From contig LVLI01000295.1 of the NCBI GenBank assembly GCA_001687465.1, positions 62,001 through 126,000 on the forward strand: DNA of 64,000 bases, read 5' to 3'. The position numbers and the translations under genes are program-made. The stretch's first letter is position 1, and every line of letters begins with the position of its first letter. Shown piece by piece: positions 1 through 9,889 of the stretch. The notes below the pieces were generated by a model. That model worked only from the letters and a program-made list of their open reading frames with translations. It was not told the origin of the DNA and made no database searches. Source of the stretch: Halocafeteria seosinensis (taxonomy: Eukaryota).

Positions 1-968
1 GCAACCCTCCCAGTTAGGGGAACAGGAGACCCTACTTGTTCGCTTTGTTTTAGAGGCTTCCCCGTGCGGAGATTTGTATCACTTTCCCTTCTTATTTCCT
101 TCTGTGTATCTGTATAAGGAAGGGCTTCCAGGTCAAGTCGTTGTCCTGTTACATACGCTGATGATGGACCAAGGAGATAACATAGAGGTCCAATACAATT
201 CGAGGGACGTTGCAAGGACCCTAAAGTATTCGAACTGTCGTTGATCATGCTGAGGTCACCATGCATAAGCGAGAGTCGGCTAAGACTAATCATGTTGGCG
301 GTGACACCTTTCTTTCCAATCTCCTTAGCTTGACTACGTACGATGCCTTCGAGTGCAGCGTTCCCGATTCTGTTATCGGAATTTTCGGGGGATATGGTGG
401 AATCATTCCTTCCGTACCCTATCCACAGGATTCTGCCATTGTTTTTAATTAGGGACACCGACTGTTTGGCGCCGCTGAATAGCACCCACTGGGTATATCT
501 ATCCGTAGGATCGACTCTCGCATCAGGTCGTTGGGGATAGCAAACATCTACCAAGATACTGTCGTACATGGATGACCTGGAGTTCTCTTCCTTACTTTCT
601 ATTCTGGCGTCTGTAAAGTCATCAATAAGGATAGGGGTTACATCGGCGCCTAGTGCCTTCAAAAAGTCAGTGAAACTGGGCGATGCTGATGTAGCCTTGG
701 AGTGCAGGACAGCAATTCGACGGCCATGCAGCGGCCCCTTTTGTGTCGTGTGCAGTGCAGTCACTTGCCGAGACCGATGACCATCTGTGTCTGCCACATC
801 TTTGGAAGTGGTTTGCGCAGCAGCTGTTTCCTTAGTGGGAGCATACATAACGTTGGACAAATAACTGTTTGTGGCTCGGGCAAAACTCTCTCGCTCCAGA
901 ACTGGAGGTGGAGCAAGTCCGACGAGTCGAAATAGTCGAGCCCGAATTCCATGGCGAATCGCTTTCAT
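1..968 (-). CDS. High-molecular-weight FabG4-type 3-oxoacyl-ACP/CoA reductase (SDR); runs off the window start
   Basis: Manually translated uninterrupted frame from ATG 968, absent from the ORF track because there is no stop in the window: MKAIRHGIRARLFRLVGLAPPPVLER...AALEGIVRSQAKEIGKKGVTAN...YLLGPSSAYVTGQRLDL...PLTGRVA. This resembles the N-terminal domain of FabG4-type proteins (ALEGFTRSLGKE, SAYVSGQ, PLxGKVA) just before the Rossmann TGxxxGIG. Confidence 0.75.
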   Translation of the reverse strand, partial: MKAIRHGIRARLFRLVGLAPPPVLERESFARATNSYLSNVMYAPTKETAAAQTTSKDVADTDGHRSRQVTALHTTQKGPLHGRRIAVLHSKATSASPSFTDFLKALGADVTPILIDDFTDARIESKEENSRSSMYDSILVDVCYPQRPDARVDPTDRYTQWVLFSGAKQSVSLIKNNGRILWIGYGRNDSTISPENSDNRIGNAALEGIVRSQAKEIGKKGVTANMISLSRLSLMHGDLSMINDSSNTLGSLQRPSNCIGPLCYLLGPSSAYVTGQRLDLEALPYTDTQKEIRRESDTNLRTGKPLKQSEQVGSPVPLTGRV

Positions 969-1320
969 TGTGTCTTATCATTTAGCTTCCACAACTCTGC
1001 TCTTGGTACCCATTCCTATCAATATTGCTTACTCTCTCAATACCACGAACCCAACTTCTGAGTGAGTCCAACACTGTCAAGCTGCTCGAGCATGCCGCAA
1101 CTTCAACGACATAACGTCGATGTCTGATCATAAACGCACACAATACATACACACTGAGACAATCGACGATCCCTCAAAAGTTGTTGTGTCCATTGTATAT
1201 CTCTACTTTATGTCCATATAAACTAGTTGTCTGTTCTGGAAGAAAGCAAAGAGAATTGTATTTGTACCACTTCCCTGCGACGTACACTAATACATCCCTC
1301 GCGAGCATGTGCTTCTCGGC

Positions 1321-2261
1321 ATGGGAAACAAACAGTCTGTTGTAGAGAAGGGAGGCGACGGTGGAGCAGCACAGGATGAGGAAACAACGCCAAAACATCC
1401 TATTTTCTTCGTAGCACCGGTGTGCGATTTGGACCATCTACGCGATAAGAACGCCGTCGTAGTCCTTCGGCTCGAACCTGAAGGTAAGCCTCGAACTAAA
1501 GAAACGAGAGGGCTACCCTTGCTGCGATAGTCTTTTTCACTCATCGTTTCTCTCTTTTCTGGTGCCATGTTGGGATACAGCTCTCGTGCTCTATTCTCCC
1601 GAAACAAAGGTATGTACCTGTTACCATCCAAGCGAACCTCGGCGCAAACCATGTGCAACCTTATAATGCAGGAGCGGTTGACCGCGTTTCCCTACCATAG
1701 AGTACTTTGCTGGGGACACAGCCAACATTCGTTCCAATTTCGATACTATACGAAGGATGATGAGTTACGACTTGCCAGTGTGGGCACTCAGGAAGGGAGC
1801 CAGATCGAAGCTGCTCTCATGGAAAGGGTGCAAGGACTCATGACGAAAATGGAGTCTGTAGGAATCACAGATGATGAATTTTCTGAAGTGAAATCTGTAA
1901 TCAGGGAAGATCCGGACGAAGCGTTACGGTCCATTAAACAAGTATCCTTGTCTCGGTTGTTTGACGCTAGGCAAGCAGTCGAGGTTGTCCGTCTCATGGG
2001 AGAAGTTTCACCTTTCGATAAAGTGCGTGTTTCTTCGCAAATCGACTTTCGTTCGCAGTTAAGCCAATGCTAATTTAAGTCCTGCGGAAATGCCGTTATG
2101 ATTTTTGGTTGATGCAGGTGGAAGCAGCTGTAGTCCTCGCAGATGCCCTTCTGAACTCAGAAAGTTTTACGCAAATCCTGGATGAGTTCGAAGTAAAGGA
2201 AGACCAAGAAAATGTCAAACATCGAGTAGAAGGGAATCACCGAAATTTGCAACGAAGGTAG
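1321..2261 (+). CDS. Putatively N-myristoylated protein with PH/FERM-C-like and DUF4476-like regions, paralogue A
   Basis: Four exons, 1321-1483, 1581-1609, 1672-2022 and 2118-2261, join in frame across GT-AG introns. It starts MGNKQS and is clearly homologous to the gene at 2958-3861. Domain names are inferred from motif resemblance. Confidence 0.75.
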
Positions 2262-2957
2262 CCTGCTTTACTGTCGTGGAGAATTGGCTTGCATCATACT
2301 ATCATATGATATGAAATTGTTGACACACGGCAAATTCACTTGACGCAACGATAGCGGTGGAGGCAGCGATGTTGAGTAATTCCAGGGAAACAGTGGCAAT
2401 CGCTTCAATCACATGTTTTGTATGCATTAATGGGTCAAAGGTTTCCGTAATCGGCTTGGGCTTGCTATGCATATCCTGTAGCAGAGCCTCTGCTTCAAAT
2501 CTGTCCACGTTTGAATATCTGCATGCGTATCGAGCAGTAGTACAGTGAATCACGATAAAGACAAAATGAACACACTTACAGAGGTGTTTATTACGAGGTA
2601 TTCACGAGTCCGGTGGCGTAGTCTCACTGTTATGTCTGTGCAACGGGGCCCTTAGGGATTTCTAACTTATCCGGCTCGATGCTACTACCATTGACGCCTG
2701 CGCTGGAGGGTAATTTTATATCACGAATCAAACCTGGGATTAGTCGATGAGCTCCACAGACTGTGGCACTGCGGTATTCAGAGTGGCCCAGTGAGCCCCC
2801 GTCATTACTTTGAAGTGTAGTTCGTCATCCGCAACAGGATTGTCCCTTGCAATATGTTTCCCAAGAAATGTTCTTAAGTTGATCAGGATTCATAGCTGAT
2901 GACCTAGCATTCTTCATGAAGGGCGTCGGAGCCTGTGTAGCCAGGCTATAGCGAGAC

Positions 2958-3861
2958 ATGGGAAACGCCAATACGACCGGAGCTCGGCCTGGAGGAACGT
3001 TAGAAAAGGAAAAAGATGGGGGCCAAAACACTTATCCGGAGTTCATCGTCACCCCGAGAGCTACTTTAGAAGATCTATATACAGAGGAGTCCAAAGGCGT
3101 AATCTTACGTCTAGAAGCTGAAGGTGAGCCTCCATGTGACGCTGGCTCCTCGTCACATCATTTGCTTTATTCCCTGTTCTATATGCAGCTCTCTCCATAT
3201 TCTCGAGGACTAGAGGGGTACGTCATCTACCGATATATGTTGCTGGACTGGCGTTTGACGTGCAAACTTGTATGTATCATGCAGGAACGCGTGATTTCGT
3301 TCCCGTACCACTCGATACTATGTTGGCGTGCCAGCCACATCAGGTTCTCCTGGAAGTATCATGATAAAGACTCGGCTCTTGTCGAAGCCACTGTTGCCAC
3401 AAAAGAGGGGCATAAGATTAGTCAGCAGCTCTTAGATATTGTACGGACATTAATGGATCGCTTGAAACTTAGCGGCATTGAAGATCAGGAATACGAGTCG
3501 CTTAAGGAACAAATACGCGAAGACCCGGAGAGTGCTCTTCAGTCTTTAAAACAAGTATCACTGACACGTCTCTTTAGCGTGAAACAGGCTTCAGTTATAC
3601 TAGATCTAATGGAAGAAGTGTCTGAGTTCGAGAAAGTACGTGCAGGCACAAACAAAAGCGGAGATGACTATGCATCACCTTCGCGCTGTTGTGCTTTTTC
3701 ACCAGGTTGATGCAGCCGTAATTCTATCGAACGCTCTAGTTGACTCGTCAAGTTTTACAGAACTTCTTGAGCGTTTTTACTATGAGGAAGACAAGGAGAA
3801 CGTCCGACATAGAGTCGAGGAAGAAAGACGTGAAGCCAAGAGGCGCAGTAAGCGCAAGTAG
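2958..3861 (+). CDS. Putatively N-myristoylated protein, paralogue B
   Basis: Exons 2958-3123, 3189-3217, 3285-3635 and 3706-3861. Internal exon sizes (29 and 351 nt) are identical to paralogue A. Shared motifs include FPYHxxLCW, IREDPxxALxSxKQVSLxRLF and EDxENVxHRVE. Confidence 0.75.
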
Positions 3862-4366
3862 TCCTAGCTAGGCCACCCGCCGACTGGCTGTCTAAGGCAC
3901 ATATTATATTGTTTGTTAGAGACGTAGGTTACCATGCCTACGTAGCTTTGCCATTTCTTAATGTCGTTTTGATCTCTTGCTTGCAAGGATGTGTTTAGTT
4001 GCCCCTGGAAAGAGCCGCTTGTTTAGTATGACGCCTTCTGCCTGGCTGAAGAGAATTTTGGTACTTGTGTAGTCGACGATACACAAGAGCAGTTAATGTC
4101 GTTTATTTTTGGTTGCATATATAATCTAGAATATTTTCCCCGCATTTAACTCTTATTGTATGACACTTCTTGGCCGGCGGGGAGTCAGAGACGGTGTGGG
4201 CGCGGTCGAAATTCAAATTGCCTAAAAGAGTTTTGTGAAGTTGCAGCTTTCAAATGTACAATTTCGTCATTAGATGTTATTTTGATAGATTGTGAGTGCT
4301 TCTCGTCGAGGCATACACGCTGTATTTGCGTGGTAGCAAGTCGTGGTGGTACGTCGAGAAGTGGAA

Positions 4367-7300
4367 ATGGAGAAGATGATCAGAGGGGGCTATGGTACGT
4401 CGAGATTCAAACACATTTTTGCCACGGCAGCTCCATTAACCCAGATTATTGAACCATATACGTGTCGATTCACTGCAGACGGTCTCAGCCAAGATTGGAG
4501 GAATGCTGTCATCCGAAGCAAACTGCAGTCGTTAGTCATACATGAGCAGAATAGATTATTCAGCCAGCCCTCCCTGGCAGCATCAACCGCGGCTAGGACA
4601 GCGGAAACCCACCAAATAGGAAGTGATCACTCGATTGTTGGTTCTCAGGTCTCGGGCCACCAAGCGAGCCCGCAAAGAAATGCCGAAGTACCGGGGCAAC
4701 CACCCATGGAAACTGGGGAGGAAGATGAAAATGAATACTTGATTCCAGTCAGTGTGGCATTTTGTCCTGCTTCTAGCAAGAGCCATATTCTAGCCGCGGC
4801 TGGAGAAGCTGGTGTTATAGAATTCTATAATTCGTCCAACCCAAATGGTCTCCAGGAGTGCACTGAGGACCTCATTCACTGTCACCGGGATGCAATCTTC
4901 GCGTTGGAATGGACCAAGACAGGCAGATTTCTTGCGACCGCATCCGGTGATCACACCAGTTGTATTGTCGATGTTGCTGCAAAGAAACCGATGCAGTACC
5001 TAGAGGGTCATCGAGGAAGTGTGAAAGCACTAAAATGGTCTGATACACATCCGGGTAAGTATCCCATTAAGAAGTCCTCCTTAGATGAAGTACAGAACAT
5101 ATTGTCAATGCAGAGCAAATATTGGCAACGGGTGCACGAGATGGACACATTAATCTATATGATCTCCGTACGCCAAATAAGGCCAACAGGAGAAACCCTC
5201 AATGCTCTATTCCTGCTCATTGTGGAACTTCGAAGTGTTCGAGAGCTCCGTCTGGCGTAAGCAGTGTAGAAATGTTGCATTCCTGTAATTTGCTGATTTC
5301 TGGTGGAACCTCTACCGACGCTGTAAAATTATGGGATATGAGAATGATCCCAGTGGGATCTGTCTCACAAACGCAGTGCTATACGTCCCGCTGTAGCCCT
5401 GTTCAAACCCTTTACAGCTCTTCGTCCTGCATTCCCCAGCTATATCCACGAATTTGCAAAGCCAGCCAAAAGGATAGCAGGTACAAATCTGTACCAGAGG
5501 CAATGGAACGAGTACTCGGAAAATCAAGAACTCTGCGTTGCGGATACATTCCTCGGAATGGCAAGCACGTTTGTTCGCATCCTCCGTGTCTGAGCCCCTG
5601 CTACGATATGCTTACCCATGCTAATTTCTCGAGGCACATAGAGCACCACTATTCATTTGAGTACGACGAAGCCGCTGAACTGGATATCAACGACTTATTG
5701 CAGCGATATAGCGGCCACATATCGGTATTGCCTGAAGAGGGGACGGAATCCTTGTCTCCCATGGAGTTCGTAGAAAGTACCGCAAAGTCGGTACTTGAAT
5801 GTTTCGATGAAGACTATGACTTCATTCGTTCATGGAGTCAAGCCTTCGGCACTCAATCCTCCGTCGAACAAGTTCTTCAGCAATTGCATACAGACGTTGA
5901 GAAGCGTGAAATCAACCCCGCTCCCCAGTCTCATGTTTCGGTGCTAAACCTCCAGGTTTCACCCAACCAGCAAGACTTACTGGTAAACTATTCTAATAAC
6001 AGGTACGTGATCGTGATCTGATCCAACCGCCAGAAGGTATTGTGTAAGGTACGCTTTGATTGCACATTCCGCGCTTCGCAGTATCCGTGTATATAACTTG
6101 TCCCAACCAAGAGAATTGGAATACGACGAGTATATTTCTGATGACTTCCACACTTCTTTTAACAGAGCCTCTTGGGATCCCACAGGTAACTTTATTGCTG
6201 CCACTGCTGGAACCACTCTCCGATTCTGGCAACATAAATACTCAACTCTCCCTATTGCTTCGATGTATGTACCGGATAGTGGTACATCTACGAAGTTTCC
6301 CTGGATTACTGGGATGTCTTGGCGAAAAGATGGTGGTGCCATCGCACACTGCGGGGATGACCAGTATATAACCGTGGCACACCTCGCTACTTCATTGGCT
6401 CCTAGTATTTCTGCAAATGCATATCAGACTGGTGAGATCACAACCACACAGGAACTTCGGGGCTTTCACTGTCTTGAGCAAAGAATTCAGGAAAAATTGG
6501 ACGTACCTATCGAAACTGTGGCGCGTACTCCTGTCTCCGACAGACATCCAGTAGGAAACCATTTGAACAAGCAACTCTCCGAATTCTTACAGCAGTATCA
6601 ATTATTAGTCGGCAGTGTGACTAGCGGGTTATCGACGTCTCCAAAACATGATCAATCGGCTGTGCTGAATACCCTAGAAGAAGCGCTTGATCGTGTTCCG
6701 GCTTTCCAGAATGGACCCTTCTTTCGTACAACAGAGGTTCCCAGCAAGAAGCATGAACATTGTGTGGAAACAGAATGCCCTTTGCAGCTGAACATACCGA
6801 AACTGCGTTTTCTCGATGCCGTAAATGATGAGGCTCCCTCTCCAGCGCAGGCATTTTTATGGCTTGTAACATTCTGGTTCGCTGAAATCTCATCTAGCGA
6901 TGTTGGCGAAACGACCCTCGCTAAGTTGGTCTCCATTGTGAAACAGACAAGTCAACGGTTCACCAAGACGACATCCAGTAGTGACAAGAGTAACGATTGC
7001 GTCGAGTCGTATATTAACAAGTATACGAAGCATTTTTCGTCGACATTCCGACATCATACCAAGCGCAAAGTTGAGGTTCTTGGGAGATTGGGATGCAATA
7101 CGACCCGCATCTATTCGGTCGCGTATGATGGGCCCGTTTTTGCGCTAGTTCCGGTCACACATTATGACGTTATGCAAGGCTTATGCATCGAAAGCTACCG
7201 ATATCTTCGTAACCGCAAGAGACTGTGTGATTTTTTCAGCTTGGTTAAATCACGGATGGTAGCTTCCCCAACTCCAATTCCACTGCCATCGACGAACGAG

Positions 7301-7492
7301 AATTCTCCTCCGACTGACACCGTGATTTCAAAGAAACAAGATACACGAAAAGAGGGTAACTCTTCCAGCGACAAGGAATCGTTGAAAAGAACATATCGAG
7401 GTACTTTGTCGTCGATTTGGGGTGTTCCCTCTCCGGACAAGAGACAACGTAAGCGTAGTCGTTCTAAGGTTGTTTCGGGTAAACCTAGCTAG
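4367..7492 (+). CDS. WD40 protein, Cdt2/DTL (denticleless)-like
   Basis: WD repeats HRDAIFALEW...LATASGDHT, GHRGSVKAL, ATGARDGHINLYDLR and VKLWDMR follow the Cdt2 order. Introns 5055-5113 and about 6003-6081 join the three ORFs. Basic C-terminal tail. The start codon is uncertain. Confidence 0.7.
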
Positions 7493-8493
7493 TGGCGAAG
7501 TAGAAACGTTGAAGTGGGGAGCTCAGGGAGATACCTTATAGCGGAAGGCGAGCCTGCTTGTCTTCAAGCATTTTGCAAGCTCAGGAGGGACTGACAAAAG
7601 CTTGCAGTGCTGGAAAAGGGTGCCATCAGTCCCGAGCGAGAGACACAGCCGTACCGAAACTCACGATGCGAAGATTCTTTGGCGATGGGTTATGGTGTTG
7701 TGCAAGAGTTTCGAAAGTGTGTTCGGTAGTTTGAACAACGGAGCGGAACTTGGAGCCGGAAGGGAGGTCCCATCATAGTGCAGGTTGCCTAATTAATTTG
7801 TTTGGCTTGCTGGTCCTCTAGCTATTGCCATGTATTGCACTTGGCAGTAGTGGTCAGTTTTGAGACACTTCTACTCCTGCAACCAGTATGACATCAATCC
7901 TCCATAATAACACTTTTTCTGATGGACTTGGACTTTTGACGTTGTAAGGCTTGTATGCGCTCGACGTCTCTAAAGTGCCTGCAGACGCTCAGACGCAGAG
8001 GTTGTCTATCAAGTAAATGAGTGGTATCGGTATACAGCTGGAGGATTGCTGAGATATTGAAAGAGAGCCAAACAATTAAATTACCGATAGCTTCCTTTGT
8101 TCAGTTGCATATGGGCCATTGGTATTGACGGTTCTTTCGGATAACTGTGCAAGTTGCCGACAGTACCAAAAATAAAGTGTAATGCACAGTATACACTCGG
8201 AAGTAATTTTTTGTGTCCTATATGTGGGTCACAAACACACACGCATTTGGATATCGGGTTGTAGGCTACAACTTTTTGCCCTTATGGTACAAATACAATA
8301 CAACGGCTCTCTCAACGTTAAGTTCTCCGTGTGAAGTCCAATCCGAAAGTTGTAGAATAAGAAGTTTGTTCGAACTTCCAAGGTTGGTTGAAAGTTCAAC
8401 TTGGAGTCTTATCGTTGTTATACTGTGTGTACGAAAAAGGAGAACAAAGGATTTGAGTGGTTTTACTATTTGCCGTCACGAAAACAAGTTAAA

Positions 8494-9459
8494 ATGCTGG
8501 CGTCGCGTGTTGTATCAAGTGCTCCGGCGCTGTGGAAGCGCTGCCCGTCAACCTTCAACACCGTCAAGCCCTTGTTTCAGGGGTCCTCTTTCCCAGCCGC
8601 TAGACGATATGTTTCAAGCCACACCGGTACTACTTCTTCCGGGGAAACCACTACTCTTACGCCCCGTCGTATCGCGCTAGGAGTAGGAGCTGCAGCAGGA
8701 GTTGTGGGCTTGGGAATGCTGGGGTCCATGTCAGCGCAAAGCCCGGACTACGCCAAGTCCACAGGAATTGCGTCAAGTCAGTTGTGGCCCGCTTATGTTC
8801 GGGAACGCATGAAGCAAACTTTTACGGCTTTTGGTGGAGGATTAGGAATTACTGCCGGAACAGCCGCGGCGGTTTACAGGTCCGGAATCATGGAGGGACT
8901 TCTTCTGCGGCATCCAACTGGTGCTACGATCGCTTTTGGCGTGGGAAGCATTGGAGCGCTGCTATCCACTTTAATGACTACCAAGAATTCCCCAGCAAAG
9001 TACGGAAGCTACCTTGCTTTCACGGGCTTAACTGGCCTCAGTCTGGTACCTTTGTGCTATTTGGGAGGTCCAATCATACTGCAAGCTGCGGGGTACACTG
9101 CTGGTATAGTCGGTTCACTATCATTCGTGGCTGCCAATTCCCCTTCTGATAAATTTTTATGGATGGCTGGTCCCCTTTCTATTGGACTTGGTGGACTATT
9201 AGTGGCCAACTTGGGATCACTCCTCTTTCCTGCAGCCAGAATGGCACCAATGCTCCAGAATATCAGCCTGTATGGGGGTCTTGGACTCTTTTCCTTGTTT
9301 GTGCTTTACGACACTTCCAAAGTGCTAACAAACGCTCAAAGCATGCCGGAGGAAGCCTTTGATCCAGTAAATGAATGTCTCGATATATACTTGGACACTA
9401 TCAACATATTCGTCAGGATGGCCATCATACTGGCAGACAACAAGAAAAAGAACAAGTAA
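8494..9459 (+). CDS. GHITM: Bax inhibitor-1 family mitochondrial protein, GHITM/MICS1-like
   Basis: Arg/Ser-rich presequence from ATG 8494, WPAYVRERM, multiple hydrophobic helices, APS-like NSPSDKFLWMAGPL, YGGLGLFSLFVLYDT and DPVNECLDIYLDTINIFVR. Intronless. Confidence 0.9.
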   Translation: MLASRVVSSAPALWKRCPSTFNTVKPLFQGSSFPAARRYVSSHTGTTSSGETTTLTPRRIALGVGAAAGVVGLGMLGSMSAQSPDYAKSTGIASSQLWPAYVRERMKQTFTAFGGGLGITAGTAAAVYRSGIMEGLLLRHPTGATIAFGVGSIGALLSTLMTTKNSPAKYGSYLAFTGLTGLSLVPLCYLGGPIILQAAGYTAGIVGSLSFVAANSPSDKFLWMAGPLSIGLGGLLVANLGSLLFPAARMAPMLQNISLYGGLGLFSLFVLYDTSKVLTNAQSMPEEAFDPVNECLDIYLDTINIFVRMAIILADNKKKNK

Positions 9460-9889
9460 CTGTTTACCGGTGCAGCAAGCATCGTGATGCATGCCTGTGA
9501 TTGGAACCGAGAAGGCTTGATTGCTCCATTTGCCTGTGATCTTTGCTCCAAGGTGCAAAGACCTCCCCTCGCTACCATAGGAAAGATGGTTGCTACATAA
9601 TGGGAACATCTCTGTTCCGCTCAGCCCAAGTCTATCATTTCTTCATCGTCAAAATGGCTTACCCGGTAGTTAAGAATTGCTCTTGTTCGTGTGTATCCAC
9701 CCATTCACGAAGTAAGGGAGATCCAAACATGGTTCGAAGAGAGTCCTGAAATATTGTACTTGTAAATTTGGCCAAACAATGGTGTACTATTTAAAATGAT
9801 ACCAATGGTCAAGCCAATTTTGCAACTTGGGGAGGGAAACCAAGTGGAAAGAACACAAAATACAGCACCCCATTAAATTATCGGACATA

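Noticed and set aside
261..1065. Short ORFs listed in the track
   Set aside because: They are antisense or off-frame shadows of the long minus-strand FabG4-like frame.
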